Assembly (NCBI GenBank): GCA_050943115.1
Contig: JBMNON010000007.1
Span: 1-53,150, forward strand
From: Patescibacteria group bacterium
Lineage (GTDB): Bacteria; Patescibacteriota; Microgenomatia; UBA12405
Direction: 5' to 3'
DNA: 53,150 nucleotides
The first letter of the stretch is position 1. The number at the start of each line of letters is the position of its first letter. Of this stretch, positions 28,674 to 38,877 are shown one piece after another. Below the pieces are notes generated by a model that was not told the DNA's origin, searched no databases, and worked only from the letters and a program-made list of their open reading frames with translations. A program made the translations under genes and the position numbers.

Positions 28674-29162
28674 GTGCAAAAGATTATCCCTACCCTATGG
28701 TTCGACAATGAAGCCGAAGAAGCGGCAAACTATTACATTTCGATTTTTAAGAATTCAAAAATATTGAATATCACCAGATACGGAGAAGCAAGCGCGGAAG
28801 TGTCAGGAAAACCAAAGGGTTCGGTAATGACGGTAAATTTTAAAATCGAAGACCAGGAATTTATAGCTCTCAACGGCGGTCCGGAGTTTAAATTTTCGGA
28901 AGCGGTGTCGTTTTTGATAAATTGTAAGGATCAGAATGAAGTGGATTATTACTGGGAAAAATTAACTTCTGGAGGTGGTCAGGAAAGTGTGTGCGGATGG
29001 TTAAAGGATAAGTATGGAGTATCGTGGCAGGTAGTGCCGACAGTTTTGGATGAGATGATTCAGGATAAAGATACAAAGAAAGCAGAGAGGGTGATGAGGG
29101 CAATGCTGGAGATGAAGAAAATAGAAATAAAAGCCCTAGAAGAGACATATAAAGAGAAATAG
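28674..29162 (+). CDS. VOC family protein (3-demethylubiquinone-9 3-methyltransferase-like)
   Basis: QKIIP.LWFDNEAEEAA.YY.SIF, ALNGGP.FKFSEAVSF, CGWLKDKYGVSWQVVP; GTG 28674. Confidence 0.92.
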   Translation: MQKIIPTLWFDNEAEEAANYYISIFKNSKILNITRYGEASAEVSGKPKGSVMTVNFKIEDQEFIALNGGPEFKFSEAVSFLINCKDQNEVDYYWEKLTSGGGQESVCGWLKDKYGVSWQVVPTVLDEMIQDKDTKKAERVMRAMLEMKKIEIKALEETYKEK

Positions 29163-29172
29163 ACTTTTCACT

Positions 29173-29586
29173 TTATTTAGATTGGGCGATATTTACCAAC
29201 CATTCGACTCCAAATTTATCACGAAGCATACCAAAAGTATCTCCCCAAGGCGCTTTTTCTAAAGGTTCCTGAATAGTAGCACCTTTAGATAGTTTTTCCC
29301 AATAACTTTGCAACTCTTGCTCGTTATCACCGCTCAGCGATATGCTTATATTGTTTCCTGGACGATATTCCATACTGTTTGGAGTATCGGCAGCCATGAA
29401 AGTTATGCCGTTGTCGGCTTCCAGCATGGAATGCATTATTTTGTTGTCTTCGCTTGGGTCTTCTGATGCGTCAAATTCTTTATAAGTATTTATTTCTAAC
29501 TTACCACCAAAAACCGATTGATAAAACTCCATGGCTTCTCTGGCGTTATCCTTAAAGCTTATATAAGGGTTTAATAAAGTCTGCAT
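29173..29586 (-). CDS. VOC family protein (PhnB/YjdN-like)
   Basis: LNPYISF.DNAREAMEFYQSVFGG, KIMHS.L, WGDTFGMLRDKFGVEWLVN. Confidence 0.92.
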   Translation of the reverse strand: MQTLLNPYISFKDNAREAMEFYQSVFGGKLEINTYKEFDASEDPSEDNKIMHSMLEADNGITFMAADTPNSMEYRPGNNISISLSGDNEQELQSYWEKLSKGATIQEPLEKAPWGDTFGMLRDKFGVEWLVNIAQSK

Positions 29587-29751
29587 TTGTATCTCCTTTT
29601 GTGGTTAAAGATTATCGTTCCAGGATAACAATGAGATATAAGAAACTGGAGAGAAATATATTAATAATTAGTGAGAGTCGGGGTTGAAAATTTCAAGTAT
29701 CAGGGATAAATACCAATAGTAAGAGGAGTCTGTTTGTGTGTTGAGCTTATG

Positions 29752-30207
29752 TTATTCCCTGATTTTCTCAGCCAGCTTGGCTAGTTCTTCATCATCTGCC
29801 CTTCTGTAATCATGAGAAGAAATATAGCCTTCGTAGTGTTCGAAATACTTGTCAACATTCGATTTTAACTGCTGCCACTCTGACATGTTGGCTGTGCCGT
29901 GCATGGGGAACAGTTTAGCGTGGATGTGATCAACCCCGAAGCCTTCAAAGATCATTCCGGTACGGCCAACATCTTCAAGTTTCCAATCAAGCAGTTTGGC
30001 TACTTTCTTGGCAGCAACAACCAAATTTTTTAAAACTTCTTCGGGCAGATCGGCAAAATAACTAGTATAGTGTTCTTTGGTAATTACTACCGTAAAAGCT
30101 GGGGTGTTTGGGAAAATTGATAAAAATGCAAGGTGATTTTCGTCTTCCCAAATTTTGTGTGAAGGCATATCGCCGCGGACAATTTTACAAAATATGCAGT
30201 CTTCCAT
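29752..30207 (-). CDS. HIT family protein
   Basis: DCIFCKIV, WEDENHLAFLSIFP, GFGVDHIHAKLFP (variant HIT motif). Confidence 0.9.
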   Translation of the reverse strand: MEDCIFCKIVRGDMPSHKIWEDENHLAFLSIFPNTPAFTVVITKEHYTSYFADLPEEVLKNLVVAAKKVAKLLDWKLEDVGRTGMIFEGFGVDHIHAKLFPMHGTANMSEWQQLKSNVDKYFEHYEGYISSHDYRRADDEELAKLAEKIRE

Positions 30208-30233
30208 GGCAGAGTATAACAAATAACTGATCG

Positions 30234-30560
30234 TTAGTTTCCGGTGATTAGAGACCGTCCTTTTATAAGTTTTACCAAAACGAAAGAAGTAATGGCAATG
30301 GCGACAATGTCAATCCAGCCGATTTCATCGAAAATGGAAGCAATAAGACTAACACTGATAAATGCAACAGCCAACCACCAAGCCCAAAGCTGTTTTTTGC
30401 CAATAAAGTAAGCCGACAACGACAGGACAAGGGTATAAACGAGACCAACAGATGAATAAAAATAGCGGTAGTCAGAATTGCGAAAAAACCACAGAATGGC
30501 AAAGACAAGCCAGAGAGCAGCAATAAAATACAAAAATAAAGTCAGATGTCGTAGTTTCAT
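30234..30560 (-). CDS. Hypothetical multi-pass membrane protein
   Basis: Four hydrophobic segments; TATAAT 6 nt upstream of ATG. Confidence 0.7.
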   Translation of the reverse strand: MKLRHLTLFLYFIAALWLVFAILWFFRNSDYRYFYSSVGLVYTLVLSLSAYFIGKKQLWAWWLAVAFISVSLIASIFDEIGWIDIVAIAITSFVLVKLIKGRSLITGN

Positions 30561-30629
30561 TAGTTAATTATAACAATTGGTGAGTATATAAATTCCTAGT
30601 CAAATCAAACATTGAGTATAATAGGTTAC

Positions 30630-31439
30630 ATGAATAACAAAAGAAAATTATTGATTGCAATTCTATTTTTTATTTTCGTTCTGCCTCTGGCAAGTATTCT
30701 ATTTCAAAGATATTCGAGCAACAGTGGGGATAAAAAACCGGTAAGCGGAGAAGTGATAACTGATAACAATGAAAACGAGGTTGAACTCGACATCAGTTTA
30801 GAAGGTTATCCCAACGACCAGGTTCCATTGCACAAATTAACAAGCATAAGTTCCATGAAGTTTTTTGTTAATGATGATCCGGTAAGTTTTGGAGGGTATT
30901 TTGGAGTTCCGGTGAACTATTATAATGTTGTATTTGGAACGGAAGCCGGCCAAGAAGAATATATAGCTTATTACAAATCATTGATGGGCGAAGTGAATGA
31001 AGATGGCCTGTCGTCTTCTCAGGTTGAAGGTAAAATTGGTAAATATAAAGTGTCTGCCTCATATTACGAGAGCAGCTCACAGAGCAATGCTTATTTACAA
31101 GTGTATTTGCCTGCGGAAGAATACCAGGAGGAAAACCGCTATTATAGTGAGTACCCGCAAATAGTAAAAATTGACGAAGACTGGACTGAGCAGGAAAGCA
31201 GCTATGGGCATCTGAACCAAAACGGTGGTGAAATTGAGTATACTCAGTACTTTACAGCAAAAGAAGATGTGGGTGAATATGTAGACACTTACGAGGATTT
31301 GTACCAAGATAAGGCTAAGTTTACCTACGACGAGGCAACGGGATCAATGAGGTGGAATGACGGTGATTATTCAGTTGTTCTTACTTTTTCCGAAGACCAC
31401 GGTAGAGTTTATTTAATGATAAGAAAACCCCTGAATTAA
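30630..31439 (+). CDS. Hypothetical membrane-anchored acidic protein
   Basis: N-terminal TM, long open frame; TATAAT 7 nt upstream of ATG 30630. Confidence 0.75.
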   Translation: MNNKRKLLIAILFFIFVLPLASILFQRYSSNSGDKKPVSGEVITDNNENEVELDISLEGYPNDQVPLHKLTSISSMKFFVNDDPVSFGGYFGVPVNYYNVVFGTEAGQEEYIAYYKSLMGEVNEDGLSSSQVEGKIGKYKVSASYYESSSQSNAYLQVYLPAEEYQEENRYYSEYPQIVKIDEDWTEQESSYGHLNQNGGEIEYTQYFTAKEDVGEYVDTYEDLYQDKAKFTYDEATGSMRWNDGDYSVVLTFSEDHGRVYLMIRKPLN

Positions 31440-31451
31440 GAGAGTTTTGCC

Positions 31452-31622
31452 TTAGCCGTTTAAAGCTTGAAAAGCCTGGTAGACCAGAAAGCCAGGCCAA
31501 ACTAAAGCTTTTAGAAAACCAACTACGCCCTCTCCAAAGGTGGTGGCTTGACCGATAAAGTAGACGGCAGAGCCGATAAACCCGAGACCATAAATTGCGT
31601 TGTCAGTCTGATTGCATTTCAT
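31452..31622 (-). CDS. Small two-TM protein (56 aa), absent from the ORF track
   Basis: MKCNQTDNAIYGLGFIGSAVYFIGQATTFGEGVVGFLKALVWPGFLVYQAFQALNG*; SD GGAGGT upstream. Confidence 0.8.
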   Translation of the reverse strand: MKCNQTDNAIYGLGFIGSAVYFIGQATTFGEGVVGFLKALVWPGFLVYQAFQALNG

Positions 31623-31760
31623 ACTTTTTACCTCCTAAATTTAGTATACAACTTTAACTTTATTACTTAAGTAAGTCGTGGTGTCACAGATCTTTGAATT
31701 TGCTAATATTGTTACATATACCGAGCCCTTTGTTTTAATAATTTATTGTGAGGCAGAAAA

Positions 31761-31973
31761 ATGCTTGAAAGACCGGAACTTTTAGGAACTAATGTGTTAT
31801 CAAGAGCAGGATGCTGCGAACAGGTAGAAAAATATTACCTAGGATGGCGTACTGATTTGCCTGGGGGAGAGTTTGTCCACGGTTGGAGAGGTCAGGAAAC
31901 AAAAGTAGTCGAAACTGTAATCAGGCCAATAAGGACGTTTATGGTGGTTGACGCAAAGGAAGAACAAAGTTAG
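31761..31973 (+). CDS. Hypothetical protein
   Basis: 70-aa ORF with GAGG upstream; no family recognised. Confidence 0.35.
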   Translation: MLERPELLGTNVLSRAGCCEQVEKYYLGWRTDLPGGEFVHGWRGQETKVVETVIRPIRTFMVVDAKEEQS

Positions 31974-32050
31974 TATAGGCTGGGAGCTAGCTAAAAAGCG
32001 TTTTGTGGTATGGACTAGAAAAGATATTGTTTTGCTGGATAATAAATATT

Positions 32051-32401
32051 ATGAGTAATTCGGCTAACACTAGTAAAAAGGATTTATTGATGGATAAAAG
32101 AGCATTTTTATTAGTAGCCATAGTAACCGGGCTGATCCTCCTAATCCCCTATTTGGGAATGAAATTTGACTGGAAAATGGTTGATCCGGGTAATCCGGTT
32201 CAGGAAAGGATTAAATGGGTCCTGGAAGACTTTATGGTGATGGGGACTCTTTTGTTTGGAATGGGGAGTTTATTCGTAGTGGCAGCAAGAAAGTTCAAGA
32301 ATATATTTCAAAGAATAGCTATAGGCATTGTGTTGACGGTAGCGTTGCTTTATCTTTGGGCGGAATTGGCAGTGGGAATTTTTACGAATTGGGGCAGTTA
32401 G
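32051..32401 (+). CDS. Hypothetical three-TM membrane protein
   Basis: W...DF.VMG.LLFG.G...LYLWAELAVGIF; start probably ATG 32051. Confidence 0.75.
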   Translation: MSNSANTSKKDLLMDKRAFLLVAIVTGLILLIPYLGMKFDWKMVDPGNPVQERIKWVLEDFMVMGTLLFGMGSLFVVAARKFKNIFQRIAIGIVLTVALLYLWAELAVGIFTNWGS

Positions 32402-32402
32402 C

Positions 32403-32666
32403 CTATTTGTTTGCCTTATCATATTTGCGAAGGCGGAAAAGTCCACGGGAGGGTTTGTATACTAGCTCGGGGAATTTTTGGGTAAGTTTCCAGATGCAAC
32501 CGTTGATGGTTTTGGGATGAAACTTGGAATCGGATGACTTTATTGCGGAGAGGAGATCGGCCCAACTCAAACCATCTGGGTACTGATCAAGCAGTTCAAG
32601 TGCTTTAGCGTTTATGCGATGAGTAACTTTGGATGATTGATGATCAGCATTTGAAGCGTTGCTCAC
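32403..32666 (-). CDS. Small hypothetical protein, winged-helix-like
   Basis: A.ELL.QYPDGL.W..L...I....HPKTINGCIW.L....P..VYKPSRGLFRL. Confidence 0.7.
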   Translation of the reverse strand: MSNASNADHQSSKVTHRINAKALELLDQYPDGLSWADLLSAIKSSDSKFHPKTINGCIWKLTQKFPELVYKPSRGLFRLRKYDKANK

Positions 32667-32812
32667 ATTCCCCTTTCCGATTAATATGTACTAATTAATT
32701 TTACCATTTCGTTTCGCTCCCAGTATGAATTTGTCCGAATTATCAAATAAAGAAGTTACGGTCCAGCACCAAACACTTGAGTAACTTAAGAATTTAGAAT
32801 AAAGTTAGTTAT

Positions 32813-33001
32813 ATGACTAAAATTAAACAGTATGAAATAACCTGTGTAAATTGCGGTCACAAATTTAGTGCCAGTGCCATGCTTTCTACAAACTCATTTA
32901 TGCCCCAACCAACGGAAGAACAAAAACAGAAAGCGGAAGAGTTTTGGGAAAATAATGGCGTTTGCCCTAAATGCGGATACAAGAACGAGATAAAGCTTTG
33001 A
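32813..33001 (+). CDS. Small zinc-ribbon protein
   Basis: CVNC...CPKC pairs. Confidence 0.75.
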   Translation: MTKIKQYEITCVNCGHKFSASAMLSTNSFMPQPTEEQKQKAEEFWENNGVCPKCGYKNEIKL

Positions 33002-33019
33002 TTTAACAAGTAAACAAAA

Positions 33020-33685
33020 TCAAGCCATTTCTAATTCTTTTTTAAGGTTGGCGAGACTGGGAATGGTTATGTTTCCGTTTTTATCTACCATGATTAGCTT
33101 CTTTAGCTTGATCTTTTTTAGCGTTTTGCTTAGGTACTCCCGAGTAATACAGAGCATGGCAGCCAGTTGTTCCTGAGTTAAAACAACCCGTAGTTTGCAA
33201 CTATTGCCTTTAATGCTTCCATAGAAATCCGATAGCATAAGTAATTGGGAAATTATCCGCGAATAAATATTCCTTTCCCCCAATGTGAGTGACTGGCTAA
33301 GAATAAAAATGTTGTTGAAGGATACTTGTTGCATGTAGGCACTGGCAAAAGCTGGCTCGTTTTGAAGAAGAGATTGGAATTGGTTACAATCCAGCCGGTA
33401 AACCAGACAATCCGATAGTGCCTGGGTGTAAGTAGTCAGGTGACGCTGGGGAATCACACTTCCCACCTTGCCAAATATTGCTCCTTCTTCCCAAATACCA
33501 ATGATTTGTTCCACACCATCTCCCTTGCTGGCAAAAAGTAAAGCTTGTCCGGATGCCAGATAATAAATGCCTTGAGCAGTGTCTTCAGGCCGAACAAAGA
33601 GCTGGCCTTTTTTATAATTAATTTTCAGGCCATGTTCACGAAAATGAGGCAAGGCAGTTTGAGTTAATATCTTGAGCTTTTGCAT
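33020..33685 (-). CDS. Crp/Fnr family transcriptional regulator (second copy)
   Basis: cNMP-binding fold; HTH LTQEQLAAMLCITREYLSKTLKKI. Confidence 0.92.
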   Translation of the reverse strand: MQKLKILTQTALPHFREHGLKINYKKGQLFVRPEDTAQGIYYLASGQALLFASKGDGVEQIIGIWEEGAIFGKVGSVIPQRHLTTYTQALSDCLVYRLDCNQFQSLLQNEPAFASAYMQQVSFNNIFILSQSLTLGERNIYSRIISQLLMLSDFYGSIKGNSCKLRVVLTQEQLAAMLCITREYLSKTLKKIKLKKLIMVDKNGNITIPSLANLKKELEMA

Positions 33686-33692
33686 TAATTTG

Positions 33693-33708
33693 TGTGAACT
33701 GGTTCACA
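33693..33708. promoter_or_regulatory. Perfect CRP-consensus box just upstream of the Crp gene
   Basis: TGTGA-ACTGGT-TCACA, 7 nt from the start codon at 33685; a second AATGA-N6-TCATT at 33744-33759. Confidence 0.75.
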
Positions 33709-33922
33709 ATTAAGGGAGTATATCTTATTTTAAAACATCTGATAATGACATAAATCATTTTTTATATCGAAATTTTGTGTGTGTTTAGGTAAAGTGTGTT
33801 ATACTAACGAGATTTAATTTAGGCGTATAATCATAGTCTGCCCGATAGCGTTGATAAATAATGATTTTATTAGATTGGGCACATTAATCCGACGGATCGG
33901 ATTGCCACAATTTAATAAAATT

Positions 33923-35104
33923 ATGTACAAAAGTAAATGTTCTGGTGGATTTCACAAATCCCATTGTCAAAGAAAAAATAATAGAAATCGGAAGGATTTT
34001 CGGAGCAAAATAAACCGGGCTTTTTATGTTAAGAAGGCCCAAGATTTTGTCAAAATCGAAGAAGTAGAAACACTCAATTCATTTACCGATTTCGGATTTC
34101 ATGGCCAACTCTTAAAAAACATTAAAACAAAAGGTTACACAAAACCAACAGAAATTCAGGATAAGGTTATTCCACTTGTGACTAAGAATCTTGATGTACT
34201 GGGAATTGCTAACACCGGTACAGGGAAAACAGCAGCTTATGTACTACCTTTGATTAACAAGATTATCAAAAACCCCAATGAAAGAATTATTGTGATGGCA
34301 CCAACAAGAGAACTGGCAATACAGATCAAAGAAGAATTCAGATCGTTTACGATGGGGCTAAAGGTTTATATTGCTCTGGCAATAGGGGGAGCATACATCA
34401 GAGAACAAATTATCAAGATTAAAAGAGGTCCTCATGTAATTATTGGAACTCCTGGTCGGATAATGGACCTGGGCAAGCGGAAAGTAATTAATTTTGGGAC
34501 TTTAGACACCGTAGTTTTGGACGAAGTGGATCGGATGTTGGACATGGGATTTATCGATGATATCAAGTCAATTGTGGAACAAATTCCTAAGGATCGACAA
34601 ACACTATTTTTTTCAGCAACAATGAATAAAAAGCTAGAACCATTGGCGGGATCATTTCTAAGAAACCCGATAAAAGTTTCAACGAAAATCCAGGATACCT
34701 CCTCTCACGTAGAGCAAAATATCGTGAGAGTATCCCGACACGCTAAAGAAGAAAAATTACATCAATTAGTATCTAGTCCGGAGTTTAAAAAGGTGCTTGT
34801 CTTCGGTTCTACTCAATTAATTGTAGAAAGACTATCAACAAGTTTGATCAAAAAAGGTTTTCGCGCTCAAGGGTTACATGGAGGGAAAAGACAACATCAA
34901 AGGCAGCAAATCATGGAAAGCTTTCGAGAAAACCGAATAAATATTTTGGTGGCTACAGACGTTGCAGCCAGAGGTTTGGATATTGCTGACATTACTCACG
35001 TTATTAACTACGATGAGCCGAATAATTATGAAGATTATATTCATCGTATTGGCCGAACCGGAAGAGGTAATAGTAAGGGTTTTGCATTGACTTTTACTGA
35101 ATAA
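33923..35104 (+). CDS. DEAD-box RNA helicase
   Basis: Q motif PTEIQ, TGTGKT, APTRELA, GTPGR, DEVD, SAT, ATDVAARGLD, HRIGRTGR; start probably ATG 33923. Confidence 0.96.
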   Translation: MYKSKCSGGFHKSHCQRKNNRNRKDFRSKINRAFYVKKAQDFVKIEEVETLNSFTDFGFHGQLLKNIKTKGYTKPTEIQDKVIPLVTKNLDVLGIANTGTGKTAAYVLPLINKIIKNPNERIIVMAPTRELAIQIKEEFRSFTMGLKVYIALAIGGAYIREQIIKIKRGPHVIIGTPGRIMDLGKRKVINFGTLDTVVLDEVDRMLDMGFIDDIKSIVEQIPKDRQTLFFSATMNKKLEPLAGSFLRNPIKVSTKIQDTSSHVEQNIVRVSRHAKEEKLHQLVSSPEFKKVLVFGSTQLIVERLSTSLIKKGFRAQGLHGGKRQHQRQQIMESFRENRINILVATDVAARGLDIADITHVINYDEPNNYEDYIHRIGRTGRGNSKGFALTFTE

Positions 35105-35186
35105 TGGTTGTGCACTTGGGATTAAAGATAGCAGTTCAATATTGTTGCCTATTAGTGTTGTATGGACAATATTGATAAAACTTTGT

Positions 35187-35611
35187 TTAAGTTTTTAGTT
35201 TCTTAATTAAACCGACTCGGGAATGGCCTGAAGGGTAAAAATTTTGTACCCCTGCTTTATGTAAAAACTTTCTGCCTCATAAGATGCCGTCCAGGTCCAA
35301 ATATATTCCACACCAAGAGATTTTACTTTTTCTTCCAGAAGACCCAGGAGTTTTTTGCCGATGCCTTTTTTGCGATAATCTTTTTCAACCAAAAGGTCAC
35401 TCAAATAGAAATATTTGCCGCATGAATTGTCGAATTTTTGGGCTAATCCGCTTGATGCTCCGATAAAATTGCCATTTTTAAGAGCAACATAACCAAATCT
35501 TTCCTGCTGTTCTTTGGGATTGCCAAATTCTTGACCGTATTGATCAAAAGCGGCTTGCTCCTGCCGGTACTCGATATCGGTCATATCCCGGAACTCATAA
35601 GTTATTGGCAT
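35187..35611 (-). pseudogene. GNAT acetyltransferase with apparent 3' frameshift
   Basis: Acetyl-CoA motif YRKKGIGKKLL and WTASYEAESFYIKQGY; frame stops at 35207, while an offset frame reads YPSGHSRVGLIKKLKT* to 35187. Confidence 0.6.
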
Positions 35612-35689
35612 AGGAAGATTATATACAGGAAGATTGTTATTTTTAAAATAACAAAGTAAACTCTGTGCGACTGTTATAATTTTATCCAT

Positions 35690-35929
35690 ATGAACCTGAA
35701 AAACGATAGTTACGTTATTTACTTGAAAACCAAGAATTTTGTCGAAAAATATTACAGGGATAAAAAGGGATGGCTAAAAATTTCAGCACAAGGCAAAGAA
35801 TTCCGAATGACAGCAGAACAAGTACTAAACCACCTATTACCGGCTGTCGCCGGATTAAAGCCAAATCTGGTAGTAAAGGTGGAACACAAAGAAAGGGTTA
35901 AAAAACAGAATTCAGATAAAAGGGAATAG
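35690..35929 (+). CDS. Hypothetical basic protein
   Basis: 79-aa ORF; no family recognised. Confidence 0.6.
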   Translation: MNLKNDSYVIYLKTKNFVEKYYRDKKGWLKISAQGKEFRMTAEQVLNHLLPAVAGLKPNLVVKVEHKERVKKQNSDKRE

Positions 35930-35980
35930 TATCTTACTCAAGCTGTGCTATTGGGTTTTCCTGCTTGATGGGTTAATAAC

Positions 35981-36955
35981 TCAGAGTAGTTGCCGGAACT
36001 CACTTCCAACCAACTCGATATGGTCGGTAATTATTCCATCGACGGGTAAATTTTTAGCCCACTCTACATCATCGGGAGTATCTACCACCAAGTAAACCGG
36101 GCTATTTTTCTCCCGAGCCTTTTTAATAAAATTAATGGGCCAACCCCACATGTACTTTGAGTATTGCCTAGTCATACCTACAGCTAAACCTTGACATTCC
36201 TCACCAAAACCCAATAAGCCAAAGCTAGAAACATATTTGATTATGCAGGTTTTCATCTCTGCCCTATTGGCTAACAGTCGGTTTATTTCTGGGATTTCCT
36301 CTTTTATATAATCCCCGATCTCCTTGGAACCCCAATAATAAATATTTTTTCTTTGCTTCTCGCTTAACTCTTTAAGGTGATCGACTAGCAAATTTGCAGT
36401 TTTCATAGTTCTATCCTTGTGATCGATTAAAAATTGTTTATCAGGATATTTTTCAAGGACTTCTTGAAGAGTCGGCATTTTACCAACACCCTTGCCCCTA
36501 TAGGGATAAGTTTTCCCATCGTCATAAGTAAACCCAAAACCAATGTCAAGCTTTTTGAGATCTTCTGCAGTATAATCGCCAATCTTTCCATGACCATTTG
36601 TTTTACATTCCAGGTTCTCTTCGTGGTTAATCATCAAAATATTATCCTTGCTTGGTCTGATGTCAATTTCTACAATTGTGGCTCCCGATTCAAAAGCTTT
36701 GCCAATTGATTCTATTGTATTTTCAATATAAGTTTGTTCTGCCGTAGGTTCGTAGATATGGGTGGCTTCGCAGCCTGTTGCCAAATCATACTCACCCTGT
36801 TTCCACATTACATGAGCACCCCGGTGAGCAATTATTTCAAAATTGTCAGTGCCGATGCCTTTTGGGTCGCCTTGGTAGAAATATCTAAAACTAGCAAAGA
36901 TAAATAAAACCAAAAGTAGGAGTAGAGAAAACTTCGTGAAATGTTTGACACCCAT
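35981..36955 (-). CDS. Glycerophosphodiester phosphodiesterase (GDPD) family protein
   Basis: IIAHRGA, ENTIESIGKAFESGATIVEIDIR, HEENLE, PTLQEVL, VDGIITD; start probably ATG 36955. Confidence 0.92.
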   Translation of the reverse strand: MGVKHFTKFSLLLLLVLFIFASFRYFYQGDPKGIGTDNFEIIAHRGAHVMWKQGEYDLATGCEATHIYEPTAEQTYIENTIESIGKAFESGATIVEIDIRPSKDNILMINHEENLECKTNGHGKIGDYTAEDLKKLDIGFGFTYDDGKTYPYRGKGVGKMPTLQEVLEKYPDKQFLIDHKDRTMKTANLLVDHLKELSEKQRKNIYYWGSKEIGDYIKEEIPEINRLLANRAEMKTCIIKYVSSFGLLGFGEECQGLAVGMTRQYSKYMWGWPINFIKKAREKNSPVYLVVDTPDDVEWAKNLPVDGIITDHIELVGSEFRQLL

Positions 36956-37090
36956 TTGTTTAATTAAATTATAGACGATGGAGTATCTTGATGATAAAAA
37001 GTTGTTAAGGAAAATTTTTACTTCCATGACTCAAAAAGAATGTGGAGTTGGACATCTCTGACAGAGTGGATGGGGGGAAAGAGGCAAATT

Positions 37091-38823
37091 TTACCAACAC
37101 CACCAAAGGAAACATTTTTTAGATGCTTGACCGGATTGAGAATCAGTTTGTGTTTGTTTGGGTGGTTCAGTTGGTTTTGGTGATTGAGTAGGGGCCGGGG
37201 TTGTTTGTGGAGCTTGACTTGGAACAGCAGATTTTGGAGATATTTTTATAACATAATTAGGTACAGTATTGCTGACAGGAGAAAAACCTTTGTAAAAGGT
37301 TTGGGAGTTAGTTTTAAACGCCATAACATTACTCCAATCCCCGGGCATACAGCCGTTTTGGCCGCGGACTTTGGCGTAATAAGTGGTGCCAGGTTTGAGA
37401 TGAAAAATTGTATGGGACTGGACACCTTCCCGGAGTAGAGTAACGGCTTCACCATGTTCCTCGACATTAGATTTTTCGGGAAAGCTAACATAGAAATCAG
37501 AAGTATCGGCTTGTGGGGTGAAGAAGAGTTTGGCAGAAGTTTGGGTAGTTCTGATCTCAAAGAGATCGGGGATAAAGAGAGGTTTGGAGGAGGTACAGGC
37601 AGGCGTTCCGGGGGGTGAGGAGGAAGATGTGGCGGGTGAGAAGGTAGTTTCGAGGTGGGGAGAAGGGGCGGGAGTGGATTCGGGTGTGGGAGTGGGGGTA
37701 GGATTTTCTTGAGGTTCCGGCTGCCATGCAAGGATGGGGTAAGTGTCAGTTGTTTGCCAGACTTCCTCAAAATTCCACTGGTCTTCCCCTTGTGTATAAA
37801 TGCCGTGATCGGAGGAATAAAATGCCGCTTTGTCTGTTTCGTTATAAAAACTTTCTGTGGACGGTATTGAGTCGCCATCTCCAATGACATCAGTAAAGCT
37901 ACCCGTCCACCAGCCGTTATTGTTAAAGGTTGAGCTAGTGACATAACCGATTAATCCACCGACGGATTCGCTACCGTTAACTGAACCGACTGAAAAAGAA
38001 GATTCCAGGATGGCTCCGTCAAGATATCCTACCAGACCGCCCACATATGTATCTCCGGTAACATCACCTGAAGCATATGTGTTAATTATCTGACCACTAT
38101 CGGAACATACCAAACCACCGCCACAAAAGTCGGCAGTAACCTGTCCGGTAGCATAGGAGTTGCTGATTTGGCCGAAGTTTGTAGACACTAAACCGCCAGT
38201 TATGCATCCGCCGGAAACAGTAACAGAGGATGAGGAATTGGTAATCGTGCCATGGTTGGTCCCAATCAGTCCGCCGACGCCGTCTTCCATGTGTTGGTAG
38301 ACGAGATCGGCAGCAACACCCGACGAAGAACAGTTGGTTACCGTACCTGAATTAATGCACGCCAACGCCGAGGTGCAGGTATCTCCGGTGATATCGACAT
38401 CTTCAAGAATAAGATTGGATATAACTGATGTTTCACCGGTAACACCAAACAACCCTATCGCCTCAGTATCAGGACGGTTAATAAATAGGTTTGAAATGGC
38501 ATAACCTTGACCATTTAGAGTCCCGGTAAAGGATTATCGCTGTTGCCAATGGGATTGAAACCCAAATAGTTTTCTAGGCCATCCTGATACCAAGAGGCGG
38601 TCTCTGAACAGTCTATGTTCTGAGTAAGGACAAAATGTTTATCAAAATAGATGATATCTTCCGCAATAATTCTCAAGTCCTGGCATGATTCTATCCGGTA
38701 GGGCGATTCCGAAGTACCGTTACCTTCAAGATCAGCAGCATAGAGATGGCGGGGAGATACGACTATTAGAAGAAGTAGCAAAGTTATCAGGGAGCATACC
38801 GAACGAAGGACAGGAGAGATCAT
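37091..38823 (-). pseudogene. Secreted GLUG-motif/FN3 surface protein split by a 1-nt frameshift at ~38529
   Basis: First ORF ends NPIGNSDNPLPGL*; adding one T (CCT TTT ACC) gives NPFTGTLNGQGYAISNLFINRP...GLFG, continuous with the GLUG repeats (VGGLIG, GGLVG), Pro/Thr linker, FN3 domain and KKCFLWWCW tail. Confidence 0.85.
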
Positions 38824-38877
38824 ATACTAATTGTAAATTCTAAGACTAAGATTACAAGGAGGGATGAAGTTCTTTAC

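Noticed and set aside
35612-35689. GNAT start at 35689 back-to-back with the divergent ATG at 35690
   Set aside because: ATG 35611 has TATAAT 6 nt upstream and leaves room for both promoters.
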